Assembly: GCF_006345805.1 (NCBI RefSeq)
Contig: NC_042997.1
Location: 7,812,001 to 7,876,000, forward strand
Origin: Octopus sinensis
Lineage: Eukaryota
Length of the DNA stretch: 64,000 nt
Direction of reading: 5' to 3'
This document shows, piece after piece, positions 12,905 through 25,787 of this stretch. Position numbers and translations under genes: made by a program. The notes beneath the pieces were generated by a model. It was not told where the DNA came from. It saw only the letters and a list, made by a program, of their open reading frames with translations, and searched no databases. Numbering within the stretch: the first letter of the stretch is position 1; each line of letters opens with the position of its first letter.

Positions 12905-14034
12905 GTACATACTTGCGTATTTCCTCCAAGAAGAATGTTTTCGGTTGGTCGTGCAACCATTTATGCTTTGATTCCTTGACATTCTCATCCGTAAGTAATT
13001 GACGACCTCGTAAACCATCTTTGAGCGATAAAAAGATATCATAATCAGAAGGGGAGAGATCAGGTCTGTAGGCAGGCTTTTCCAGCACCTTAAAATCTAA
13101 TCGGTTAATAATGTCTATGGCATATGCGGCCGTGCGTGTGTGCGAGCATTGTCATGCAACAACAAAAATTTCTTCGTCAACAGACGTCGGCGTTTGTTGC
13201 GTATTGCTAGCTTGAGTTTGCTGGCCAGCGAAACAATCTATCTTGCACTGTTGAACATACACCTCTTTTCCAGATAGTCTTCTTGTATATACTCTTTTGA
13301 TTCCCCAAAATGTGTTAGCATTACCTTCCTCGCGGAAGACTGAGTCTTGAATTTCTTCGTTGCTGGCGAGTCAGGATGTTTCCAGTCCCTGCTCTGTCTT
13401 TTTGATTCTGCCTCATAACGATGGACCCGTGTTTCATCTCCTGTAATTATTCTGCCCTCGTTGTCGTAGCGATCGAGTAAAAGTCGGCCGACCTCAAGAC
13501 GTTTGCGTTTGCCTTCTGCAGTAAGCTCTCTTGTCACCCATTTTGCACACACTTTATGGAAATAAAGCTCATCTTGGATAATTTCATTGGGAGAACCATG
13601 ACTAATCTGAAGAGGACAAACTACTTCCTCGACAATAACTCGCCGGTTCACCATTAGCATCTCGTCAGTGGTGGAGTTTGACGGGCGTCCTGCTCCCTCT
13701 TCGTACGTCACGCCTGTCCGGCCACTTTTAAATTTCTTGATCCACTCATACACACTTCTACGCGGTAGTGTACTGTCCGTATAGTACTAAAAGCCTCCAA
13801 TTAATTTCAGTTTCTGACCACAGAAATCGGATCACTGCTCTTTGTTCATCTTTGGCGCATATTGGTCCCGGAGCGGCCATGCTTCTATTCTAAAGCAAGC
13901 ATGGAAAATGGCGCGATCTGTCTCAAACTTCGATCATGTGACAACAACAGCATCAACTATAGGCACGCATGCGCAGAAGGCAGTGTGATATCTTATGGTG
14001 AAAGTGCGGACATTTTTTTTTACTTCTTATCGTA
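12905..14034 (-). mobile_element. Mariner (DD34D) transposon, decayed, 3'-truncated
   Basis: ATG at 13880 (MAAPGPICAKDEQRAVIRFLW), GAGRPS, KVCAKWVTREL, IITGDET, LHDNARTH, YRPDLSPSDY. Mariner-like terminus AAAGTGCGGAC..TCGTA ends at 14034. The other end is lost in (TA)n. Confidence 0.92.
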
Positions 14035-14225
14035 TTTATGAAACGACACGTTGGGTGTGTGCGATTTTTTCTTCCACCTTCCTTTTCATTTCGACTTACC
14101 TATGTCTCCTGTTTCCGAAGAAGTGCTATGCTCGAAACCACCCTTTCTTTCTTTCTCTAAGCGGCTTATTGATATATTGCATGTACCACATCCTCGCGTT
14201 GTTGTCTTTTTTCTCACTTTTTTAT

Positions 14226-14279
<54 letters not shown>

Positions 14280-14281
<2 letters not shown>

Positions 14282-14880
14282 AGTCAGGTGACCTCTGATG
14301 ACTCCCATATAGGCTACAAGTAACATGGAATCCAGTATAACCTTCTGCATGGTCATGTGTCTTCTATGATTAAACCGGCATCCCCACTAGGCTTGTCTGG
14401 AGAGTTACTTCAAATCCAGCGGTGTTTAAAACAAGATCTATCAAAAGGAAAAATGAAACTAGTGTAGGTTCACTTACTATCTATCAGTAGTATGGGCCCT
14501 CAGAAATTCCGGGTGTGTGCATATGGTGCTGGAAGACCATTGCGAGTAAAGCACCCCTTAGCTTTGTTCTATCTGATGTACAACCAGATATGTATTTTAG
14601 GGATCATTTGCGTGCGTTTGAGATCATGATGTTCCCATTTTCCAGAGATTTGCCCTGGCTTCCCTCCTCTCTGTAAGATTACAGTAGTGGGGAAAGAATC
14701 GGTGAGATGGTGTGGAAGCCTTGACGGACATAAAATTCCAAGTTGTGAGTAGTCAACTAGGCAGCTTTCGTGTGCCCAGTTAAATAGATGGGAGCCATGT
14801 AGAGTATGGCAACCACTGGTTCGAACCCGGGTGAAGTCGGGAGCTAGTTCAATATGCTAGATGAATAAGCTCAATAAGGT
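14280..14880. mobile_element. Unclassified GC-richer element between (TA)n tracts
   Basis: Sharp compositional block flanked by (TA)n. Only weak, ambiguous peptide resemblance (PVVAILYM on -) to Penelope-like RT. Confidence 0.35.
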
Positions 14881-14921
14881 CGTATATATATAGAGAGAGA
14901 GAGAACGGCTTGTCCTATATA

Positions 14922-14952
<31 letters not shown>

Positions 14953-15004
14953 CGTTTCTAGATTTGGTTTGCAAGATTCTTGATATGTGTTCGTGTGTTG
15001 AAGC

Positions 15005-15192
15005 ATATTCTGTTGTGTCTGGGGAGAGTAATTTTCTTTTTGTGCCTTATAATTAAACACACTCACCGGTAAAATTTCCTCTTATAGGGAAATAGATATG
15101 AAAATAGAAAATAAGAAATAAGTGAAAATTTTACTGGTGAATGTGTTAAATTATATGGCATAAAAAGTAAATGATTCTCCCCAGACACAACA

Positions 15193-15198
<6 letters not shown>
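15005..15198. repeat. Inverted repeat with ~73-bp arms and ~47-bp spacer (MITE-like or inverted duplication)
   Basis: 15005-15077 (ATATTCTGTTGTGTCTGGGGAGAG..CACCGGTAAAATTT) is the imperfect reverse complement of 15125-15198. Confidence 0.9.
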
Positions 15199-15229
<31 letters not shown>

Positions 15230-15230
<1 letters not shown>

Positions 15231-15674
15231 AAAATGAGGGAATGGAGTAGATAAAAATCCAGGCTACGTATGTTTCATAGCTACTGGAACCTCGGATGCA
15301 GTAATTATACAAATGGGGGGTAGACCGCAAGCTACGCGGTAGGCCAAGGATACTGTGATTACAGGAAGATTACATTGTAATAAGGATATCTTGTTTTAAC
15401 TTCCAGGAGATAAGATTTAAATGCGTAGAAAGCACAGTTCTTCACACATACATGTTTCCTTTCGAACTGTGCTTTCTACAAATTTCGATCGAATCCCCAG
15501 CGAGTTAACACGGGATCTCCTAACGACAGTGGAAACTTCATGTAATCAAGGAATCTTTGCCCTGAAGGGTATCTTGCGGTCTTCTCCTCGTTTGGGTAAT
15601 TACTGATTCCGAGGTTCCGCTAGCTATTAAAAACATAAGTTGCATGGATTTTATCTACTCCATTTCTTAATTTT
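15230..15674. mobile_element. Fold-back palindromic element (~445 bp), MITE-like
   Basis: The left arm (AATGGAGTAGATAAAAATCC..GGAACCTCGG..GACCGCAAG..) matches the reverse complement of the right arm along its whole length. Perfect 16-bp inner stem 15425-15440/15464-15479 with a 23-nt loop. Confidence 0.88.
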
Positions 15675-15875
15675 ACAAGTGTATTCGGATATATAGCAAC
15701 CCCAGTTGCTAACCGTGAGCTATAAAATAACCTTTTTACAGTTTATCGTACTTCGAAAGAATTCACAACCGTCTGCACCAATAAACCACTATTTTCCCTG
15801 GAGGGTGTTTTTTTCTTGTATATCTACTACGGACTGCTTGAAGCTCACTAACTTCCTACACCGTGATCCTTTAAT

Positions 15876-15917
<42 letters not shown>

Positions 15918-15962
15918 AAATTTGCTTTTGAGCCAAATTAACTAACTAACTAACTAACATAT

Positions 15963-16043
<81 letters not shown>

Positions 16044-16046
<3 letters not shown>

Positions 16047-16271
16047 ATTTATATTCGTGTAACATCGTCCGTTTTTCTGTCCTTATTTCGTATACATTCG
16101 ATCTTTTTTCCAAGAAACATAATGCACGTAGCTTCGTTTTTCCTTGGGGCTGGCCATATTTGAGCATTCTCAAATTGCGAGGATGATCCGGTTCTTGACT
16201 GAAGATTAGAGGCTTCGAATGACCCGTCCGTGTTTTTTGTACCGTCTATTTGAATGTTTTGCGTTCTTGTC

Positions 16272-16276
<5 letters not shown>
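16044..16276. mobile_element. Short non-coding element embedded in (TA)n
   Basis: Complex ~230-bp block with (TA)n immediately on both sides. No coding signal recognised. Confidence 0.5.
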
Positions 16277-16317
<41 letters not shown>

Positions 16318-16492
16318 TATATATATATATATATATATGTTGTATTGAAATGGTTGATATAAAAGATTTACATTACGTTGAGAGTAGATAATTTCCACAT
16401 AGATATATTTGATATGTATCTTGCGCAAAAATTTCAAGTGGATGGAATAAACGTTTCGTACGTTATAAGGAAATAAACAAACTTCCAAATTA

Positions 16493-17708
16493 CAGTGGCC
16501 AAAAGTTAAGGGTCACTTACAAAACTGAACTACCAACTGAGGTATTTGTTGTTTAGAAAAATGTTAATGAGCTAACCGTTACTTTGTAAGATCGTACCAA
16601 CTGTCAACATGGTTGCTTGTGAGAGACGACCGGTGTCCTGTCATGAAAACAAGGGTTTGTGAGCCATCACCAAGAGGGCATGTCAAATTCTGTGATAGCA
16701 ACTACTGTAGAAAGTTCTAGAAGTGTTGTGCATTGAATTATATAGCTCGTTCTATGTTATCGGGACGACAGATTCTAAACCTAAAACCGGTAGACATCGT
16801 AAAACTTCACCAAGACAGGATCATATTATGGTTAGAATGTCACTGAAGGATTTGTTTAATAGTGCTGCTATATAATCCGCGACCTTAGCTCCGCGACTTT
16901 ATCGCAACTTCCGATGTCAACGTATGGCACAAAACAGTTTATCGGAGGTTACCATGTTCTGGGTTGCTTGGTCAGGCACTGGCAAAGAAACATCTGATCT
17001 TCAGGAAGAATCGAAGTGCCTGTCTTCGTTTCGCTCACTAACATGTCGTTTGGAGAGAAGAACATTGGTCGAAAATTCATTTTAGTGATGAATCAAAGTT
17101 TAAAGTGATTGTTTCCGGAGGCGTGATGTACGTCCGACGAAGATGTGGCGAGAGGTTATCTCGTGCAGGTGTGAAGAAAACAGTGAAATTTGGAGGAGGA
17201 AATGTAATAGTATGGGGAGTGATCTCAGCTGCTGTCCAGGTCTACTCATTCGCCTACAAGGAACTGTCAACGCTGAAACCTACAAGCAGATTCTTAAACA
17301 GAATGCCCATCCACACCACCGATCGTCGTCCGTTCAACCTCCTATCTTCATGCAGGACAACTCTCCCTATCACACTGCGAAGAGAGTCAAAGCTTTTTGA
17401 GTGATGAAGGGGTTGATCCCATGGACTGGCTACCTCAAAGTCCAGTTCTCAACTCTATAGAAAATATTTGGAAGATTATTGGAGATGATGCGTGAAGACA
17501 AAGTCCAAGGAGTCTAGATGAACTCTGAGAATTACTGAAAAACGAATGGTACAATATTACTCTATCATTTGGCAAGAAATTAATTTAGTCCTATGGTAAC
17601 AGATGTAAGGATGTCATTGTAGCAAAAGAATGTCCCCAAAATATTAATAGCAAGGGTTTCTTTTTTGTTCTGTTCCATTTTTCATTGACGCTTAACATCT
17701 GGCCGTAG
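16493..17708 (+). mobile_element. Tc1-like (DD34E) transposon, near full length, decayed
   Basis: Left TIR TA|CAGTGGCCAAAAGTTAAGGGTCA and degenerate right TIR TGACGCTTAACATCTGGCCGTAG (17686-17708). Peptides GRHRKTSPRQD, WSKIHFSDESKF, TVKFGGGNVIVWG, IFMQDNSPYHTA, WLPQSPVLNSIENIW. Confidence 0.93.
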
Positions 17709-17944
17709 GGGTTTGGAATATTATTTGTTTATTTTCTCATAATTTAAGATATATATTTATTCCGTTCGGTTGAAATTTTCACGAAGGATAGATAGTAGAT
17801 ATATATGTGTGTAAAATACCTAGTCCCAAACTATTGTTATTCTTATATAATACATATTTCAATACACTTCTACTTACTGGCCCTTGAATTAAGGCTGCTA
17901 CTGTACACACACACACACACGCACGACCCCCCACACACACACAT

Positions 17945-18029
<85 letters not shown>

Positions 18030-18232
18030 AAGTGATATAGATAAATAGATAGATACAACAAACAGTAAGAGAACTGTTATATTATCTCCTCTAGACTCTA
18101 GACATTTTCTTAGTCCAACAATTATGTAAACGCTCTGCAATATACTAACACGAGAATCCTGAAACTAGAGTTTGGGGGTTCCGATAAAGATCAATCAATC
18201 GCATTCTTGTTGAGCTGGTGCGTCATTTTCAT

Positions 18233-18245
18233 ATGGCTTCTGCAG
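18233..18245 (+). CDS. Candidate first coding exon (ATG GCT TCT GCA G) of an unidentified secreted or membrane protein
   Basis: First in-frame ATG after the TAA at 18185. Consensus donor CAG|GTAAGT at 18246, followed by T/G-rich intron-like sequence. Splices in frame to 21470. Confidence 0.55.
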
Positions 18246-20879
18246 GTAAGTCTCTATAAACGAGAGATATGATTGTTGAGAGTTTGTTTTGTTTTTAATA
18301 TTTTTAATATTTGAGTGTAAAAGTGTGTTAAAAGTGTGGGCGTGCGTGCGGGTGTTTCTGTGTCTAATAACCGCTTGTAATATTTGTTCTGACTTTTCAT
18401 TCGGAGTTATTTAGTGTTAAATTACAATTGTCACCCGGTTAAACAAACCTCTCCTGTTTTATGCGATTTTAGTGGTGTTCTGTTTGTTGAAAATACTCAG
18501 GTTCGATATCCGTTTTATTATAACTTTCTCACTTCATCCCACCACTGTCTGTTTCTCAGAATAAACATAAGAACAGCCTTTTCCACCCTGATTAAGCTAT
18601 AAACAAAAAAACATATTAAACAGCGTCACATTATAAAATGACAGAAGAGGGTATTTTGAGAAGTATTTGGCTGTTATTTCTAGTAGTAAAATTTTCTGGA
18701 GTCGAGCTCCCATATACGGCTTGTTTTTATTTTCTTCGCTTTCTAATGTAACTTGCTATTTAATAAATTAAAACTTCTGATTGTTTAGGATATATTCATA
18801 CACAGTTAAGAGGAATTGATGTATGTTGAGGAGGTTTGTTAAAGTAGTAACAAGCAAATTGCCGTATCAGCTACGCATACATAGTCCGATGCTTTCTTAC
18901 CTTTCAAAATGATGCCATGTCACGTGAACAATTAGAGTTTCGACAAATGGAAAATTGTCTGCGCTCACTGAAGTTTAGAATGTTTTTTTTCTAGAAAATA
19001 TAGTAATTTGCACTTTTTTCTAAACTCGTATAGCTTTATATTATATAACAGTATATATGAATAAACAGCGTAAACGAATAAATATGAATAAAAGTTACGT
19101 TGATTTAAAACTGCTTAAAGTAATATTTATGATCTTTAATGGAATAGAAATAGTGATTATAATGAAAAATACTTATGTCGGAAAACTTGGAATGAAATTT
19201 TAACGTAGCTATTTATAAAGAATAATTTATATGTAACTCTGTAGGAAAGGATCTCGATAGGCCTAAATATTTTACATTCAATTTTGAAACAAATATATTG
19301 TATTAACAAAAAAATAAATAAATTCTTAAAATATATTTGCAAAGAAAGACGCACACAAACACAAAATTGATAAATTGTATTGACTATAACGAAATATACA
19401 ATATTTATGAGGTTATATATAGGGAACCACCTGCAAATATAATTTGGAACAAGTATAGGATGAAATATGTGTAATGGATGAAGCATTTATTGAAGTAAAG
19501 TTGCAACAAGTTACGTTTGGAAACTTTAATTATACATATCATAATTTGAAGAAAATCGAAAAATTAACAGTAAACGTATCTTTCAAGGTATATCACATGC
19601 TGATGTTACAAACTAAATATATTTTAAAGAAAGGGGGAAAAAAAACATAAACTGAGTGCAAAGAGAATATGGAATATATACAAACAGGAGAGTCTTTCTT
19701 GTTGTGGATATATAAGTGCATACACTGAATATAAAGAGGAAATATTTCTGATGTTAAACATACTATGAGTGGTTTATTTGATTACGCATAATTATGCCAG
19801 TTACATCATAAAGCAGCAAGGAATCAGTAATGTCTCTCACTTCAGTATTAACTACGTAAATATACGCCATATAATAACATAAATAAATACGACTCTATTG
19901 TAGCTGCACATAGAACGACATTAAAACACCATCATGAAATGTATAGGACGCCACTCTAAAATTGTTTCTACGGAACAGTCTTTGTTTTTACTCTTTGTTC
20001 TTCTTCGAGGAATAACCAATATCTTAATTGCTTAGAACTCGCTATTCATTCTTACAGTATAAAATCAACTACACTTGTATTTCTCTTTCTTTGAGTTTTA
20101 ACACATTTCACTGTCTCTGACCCTCTTTTCAATATTCCACTTGCTCATGGAATTCCCAGAATTTTTATACAGAAAACTGGATTTAGTTATTATTTCACAT
20201 ACACACGCCTTATAACACTCCACAGTTTTTTCTCCAAAGTTGGTATCAATGCCCAAACAACTTTTTACTCTCTTTATTACTGAAAACTACCAAGATGCTA
20301 TATATCTTTCTAATCTCATCTCCACTGAAACTCACTCACAAATATATCTAACCGGGATACATAGATGTTATACATAATCTGCACTAACAACTTAAACTCA
20401 AACTATGCAATCCAAACAGCTCACATCCCCCTCACAGGCCGCACCAAAGTAAAAATTTACCTATTCTATTCCGACAAACCACTCACCAATGCGAAAATTT
20501 AGATGTATACTCTATACATTTCACTGCTTGTAGTGTTCAGTTTCAGCTTGGTCAACAAAGTAATTCTGATTGCTCTTTAATCCTCATTGGTCAGCCATTG
20601 GTAACAATGAATCCCAGGCCAAGTAGAGATTTTTGAATCCATTTACTAAATAGTTCCATTGCACGTAATATCTTTAACTATAAGAATCCTTTCATCACGT
20701 TAGCATCTTCAACTCTCTGCATTTCTATGCCATCGTAACCCGCTCGATATCGTAGCCAAAGCGGATGGCAAATATATAGACATGGATATATTGCGTGCTG
20801 ATATCTATGTGGCTAAGTTGAATCTGTAACTGCTTACACATTTATTCATCTATTCTCTATCATCTAAAAAATGCAATAA

Positions 20880-21080
20880 ATTGAGACGACCATCTTGACG
20901 CCTATTATCTTCATTCTCCGCTCTCCTTCAACAGCGAAATTCATTTTCTTCACGTCTTCCACCTCCGTCGTTTATTTGCTTCTCAAGGTCTATAATTCCA
21001 TTCAATTTGGACACATCCCCGATCCAGCTTTTTCTGTGCTACCGAGCATTTCTTTGTCTGGCCCGTCATTTACAGTATGA
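20880..21080 (-). mobile_element. Possible LINE (RTE-like) 3' fragment
   Basis: Weak minus-strand peptide GRQRN..RKSWIGDV, reminiscent of the RTE C-terminal GRP..RW.D motif. Confidence 0.25.
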
Positions 21081-21469
21081 GTGAGCTACATCTGAAATTG
21101 CTCAGTAGAAAAAATTAATTCGTATATTTGCAGCATAACATCCTACAAATATTATGTACTTTTGAAACATCGTATAGTAAACTGCTAGCTCCAATATTGA
21201 AACCTGCCACTGTGCCAAATATTTGCTTCCTAGTGCCTACCGACTATTTATATTCACAAAACATGCTTTTCGAATCGCAATAATTTTAGAGTCACGTATA
21301 CCAAAAACACAAGTACCACTAGTATATTACATTATAATACTTGCGAATTAAGGCATCTATAGACATACCTAAATAATATTTCCCTACAACAATGCTTTGC
21401 TTCGTTTCCCTCGTCTCAACATAACACGAAACACGATTTCGTTGAAGATACATTTGTTTCTCCTTGCAG

Positions 21470-21556
21470 CGCTAAATAGATGGCATTTTTTGTTTTACCT
21501 CGGCATTTTGATAATTTATCTGGACACTGATGCCACCATAAGTTCTTGCAAAAAGC
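21470..21556 (+). CDS. Candidate second coding exon (87 nt, phase 1-1) encoding a signal-peptide-like segment
   Basis: Strong acceptor TTTGTTTCTCCTTGCAG| and donor C|GTATGA. Spliced product MASAALNRWHFLFYLGILIIYLDTDATISSCKK has a basic n-region, a hydrophobic core and a T-D-A cleavage-like site. Confidence 0.55.
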
Positions 21557-24500
21557 GTATGACTAGTTGAGCTAGTTTTTACGATTGACCTCTCAAATGT
21601 TGACATTTCTAATGCAGCTAATGAGATTATATCTCAAAGCTCAAGATTTTTTTAACTCAGACCTCTAGTATTAGTAACAGTATATAACAAACTTCCCAAT
21701 ATGGAACTTTCTGGAAATGCTGCACTATGGATGAATCTACATCTATGGAAAGTTTGAATTTAGTATTTTCTTTAGTATATGTTATGGTGAAATATATATT
21801 AGGATTTAAAAGTTAATAAAACTATTACCAATGAATCTTTAAAATATACTTCCTCAAACTATATATATATTTTTTCCAGTTGTGGTCTGAAGCGCTATTT
21901 CTATATTTAAGACATTCTAGTTTCAGATACTATGAAACACAATAAGAAGCAGAATTTCATAAAATAAAACCATTATAATGCAGTACAGAACACTTGATTT
22001 TCATTGATTAGGGTTGTTGAGTTAAACACCAAGCCTTGACTTTCAATCTACATAACTAATATTTAATTACTAAATTTATTTAAACAAAAGGTTTTTAAAT
22101 GCCAATGACATCTCGAAATATATCGTGATTTGTTTAAAAAAACGAGGTATTGTAAAACATTTTTATTCCTACTAATTTTAATGCACAGTAACATAAGTGC
22201 CACTATCTAGGACTAAATTATAAAGACGGCTTCGCCCTTACTTATCCTGTGTGGGAAGCTGAAAGCAAATAGATGATGCTATTGAAGAACAATGAATATT
22301 ATGACTGCTGTGTGTTCCGTAAGACATATTAACAACAGACACTAAGTTTTATTGTAATTTTATTTTATCATATATTTTTGCTTTTCATTGTTGTTCGTTT
22401 CAATAATTTTCTGTTTGGCTTTATTTTCTGCAAACAAGCAGACAGAAAATCTGAATGATTAGAGAAGTGAATATTTTGCGTACTATTTAAAACGAACCCA
22501 GGGCATATAATATTTAAAAGTGCCATTCTTAGACACTTCATTTATCTTAGGAAATGTTCAAAATAGAAACCATAAAAAATCAATATGAAGTTTTCGTTGA
22601 AAAACTGTTTATACAAGTCTTTTGATTGTACATTCTTAAATAATTTTTTTCTGCCGATAAAAAAAATCATTACAATTGACTATAGTAATTTTTAAGATAA
22701 AATAAATACAGGCAATTGCATACACATGGGAATAGACGTGTGATAAATTGCATTTATACAAACTTACTGTCACCTTCACGTTTACACCAAGTTTATATGC
22801 ATGCGTAAGTATGAATATATGAGATTGCGTATTTGTTTGTGTTATAAGTGTGAGTATTTACATCATATATAAATTTCTATCTAATGCGATATGAATACGT
22901 ATATGTGTATAACAGAATATTAATGTTTTCCAAAGAAAAGACAATTCCCGAAGTGGCTTAGATAATTCTTTTAAAAGAAATAAAAGAATACATCATGTGG
23001 CTTAAGAAAACTAATCCAGTGTAAATTGGAGCACGAAAGTTTGAATTTTACAACTGTTCATAAAATATCCTCCTCACCTGATTGCACTTTTACCTTTCCT
23101 ATATTCGACAGACCCCTCATAAGTAGGCATAGTTTCTTTAGATGACATCACGTAGTTTAAACATTGTATACATCCAACGATAATCTTTCTTTACCAATAT
23201 TCTTTATTTAACAGCTTTAAAATACGTTAAAAAAATATCCAAAAATGGATTTTATTGCATTTTCACTACGCGATTTCCTTAAAGTTTTTTTAAGATGTTT
23301 TTTACATTTCGTGTAGTATTCGTTTTTGTATTTCTTTCGCTCTTTCCCCGTTTACCCGAAGAGACACCATGTTATGTGATCCTGAATGATTCACGAATTG
23401 AGCATTGTACAATATACAAACCCATCAAAATACTGCATTATCTGATGACTAAACAAAGTAGTTCAAATGTAATTCATGTCATTAAACGTTGATTTTTATC
23501 TCATAATGATTAAGTACGTTATTTTGCTGAACCTATAAATATATATATATGTATGTGTGTGTGTATAGTTCTATGTATATACACTGTGTGTAGATATGTT
23601 AATATATATGTATATGCACGGTAATGTACCGACTTATTGCATATATAAATGCACACACACATATGCATGTATCTATCTATGCATAATGAAACATATTTTT
23701 CTGTGTGTCTGCCTTTTGTGTTTACATAATCGATTTTTCTCTTCAAAGCACGTTTTCCTTAGCAAATTTTGAATTTTTCTGCTTATGATCTGACTATATA
23801 AACTGAGGTTTTTGCCCAACGCTTCAGAAAGAATTATTATTCATACCCCTATAAGAAACGATTCTTCGGCTACTGAATCTGTTTTGCAACTCTGACGATC
23901 AACTCACACTCACACGTATATATAGATGGAGTGATATTTTGCAATTTCTTTAGCTAAAATATAAAGGTTCGATTGAATTTAGGAATATCTGCTTATCTCC
24001 AAAGATGGAGGAAAATACGCCTAAGCTAAACAAGTTATCAACTTGCGTTTCACAACTGAGCTTAGACTGTAATTAAAATTTTACATAAACAATAATATCC
24101 TGTGCATAGAAGCATGTACGGATGCTTGTCACCTCAAGCTTCATGTGCTTTATAACTTTGGTAAATGTCACCAAAAACATGATTATGATCGCAAAATATA
24201 TTGTATAAAAAATATCAAATTTGAATACAAATTAATATAAACTTAAACGAAAATATAAAATTTTAAGTTTTAGCAGAATTATAGGTATACATGTATTTTT
24301 ATTTCTTATATTTTATTACATTTAGTTATTGGATCAGGGCCATACAGGGGCACTACCATGAAGAGTCGTTGAGGATCAACTTGACCTCAATACATTTTGA
24401 ACATGGTCCTGATACTTTCACTTATTTTGAGAGATGACAAAGTTAATTGGAAGTAAACAAACCAGCTGTCGTAGTCGAGGTGTGGTGGGGCTACAAACAA

Positions 24501-24585
24501 AAACAAAAGCACATATATGTACGTATTCAAATAGACACCCGTACGCGGACACATAGATAAATACACGCACACACACGCATATTAT

Positions 24586-24634
<49 letters not shown>

Positions 24635-24643
24635 TATATATAT

Positions 24644-24679
<36 letters not shown>

Positions 24680-25685
24680 CTGAAATTTACAGAAAAAGAA
24701 AAGACGAAGATAGGTGCAAAAACAACAAGCAGGGGTGCATTAGTTTCACTCTCGGCAAGGTGACAAAGTCTTTTAGGTTTCGAGTCTACGCTGTTCAACA
24801 GAAAGGAACTCGAGGAAATAAACAGAGAATAAGGAAAAAACTTTTGGAGTTAGCCGTCAATCATGGCGACTGGATGGACAAGGTTAGTTAGACAGGAAGA
24901 GATAAAGTAATGGGTATATACATATAGTCATCAAAGTCGACTTGAACCTAAGATTCCAGCTTCAACTACAGCTAAAAGGAAGTTTTTATTTTTACATAAT
25001 GACGATTGGGTATAGTGGGCATAGGTAGTTTAGCAATTGATCAGGTACATAGATAATGGGATAGAAGTATAATCAATAAAAGCAAGGTGTAATAGGTTAG
25101 ATTATGACATTTATATCGGTAAACATGATGGGTGAATTGTTACATGGGTGTAGATCATAAGACAGAAGGTAAAAGACAGGTGTGCGAAAAAGTTGTTTCA
25201 AGAAAAGATACGCCAATGGAGCATATGGAGCAAACCGATAGCTATCCCTGTATCTGCGTTTTATTCCATTGTTAGAGAGATCTATAAAAGAATAATCTTA
25301 TTTATGCAAATTAGGCATGTTGGGAAAATATAATTTTGCAAAATTCTTTATGCATGCTATTCAAAGTACAGCTTTAAACATGTTTTACATGAGTTATGCT
25401 ATTTTCGAAAATAGGTCAATGTCTAAAAGTTAATGACCATAACTAGTTCGACATATAAAATCATCTTTCTTTCTCAGGCACAATATTCGACGTCTACTCT
25501 GAAATCCCACTCTATGCACATTCATTTATGACTATGTATGTGTGTGTGTGTGTGTATGCATAAAGAGAGAGAGAGAAAGAAAGGGAGAGAGAGAGAGGGT
25601 CAGTCAACGTAACTATCACCCCAAACAAGTGCTATTAACCGTACACTGTGTACATTAAAACATATATATATATATACATTTATAT

Positions 25686-25743
<58 letters not shown>

Positions 25744-25744
25744 T

Positions 25745-25787
<43 letters not shown>

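Noticed and set aside
8920-12971. Many YIYIYI, IIIII and NNNNN ORFs here and throughout the window
   Set aside because: Translations of (TA)n, (ATT)n and (CA)n microsatellites with no coding signal.
18901-18972. Minus-strand candidate exon with an AAG|GTAAG donor (SADNFPFVETLIVHVTWHHFE)
   Set aside because: No compatible partner exons found and no recognisable peptide.
24790-24875. 81-nt exon-like segment KGTRGNKQRIRKKLLELAVNHGDWMDK
   Set aside because: Phase 0-0, and it looks more like a decayed LINE endonuclease fragment than a host exon.
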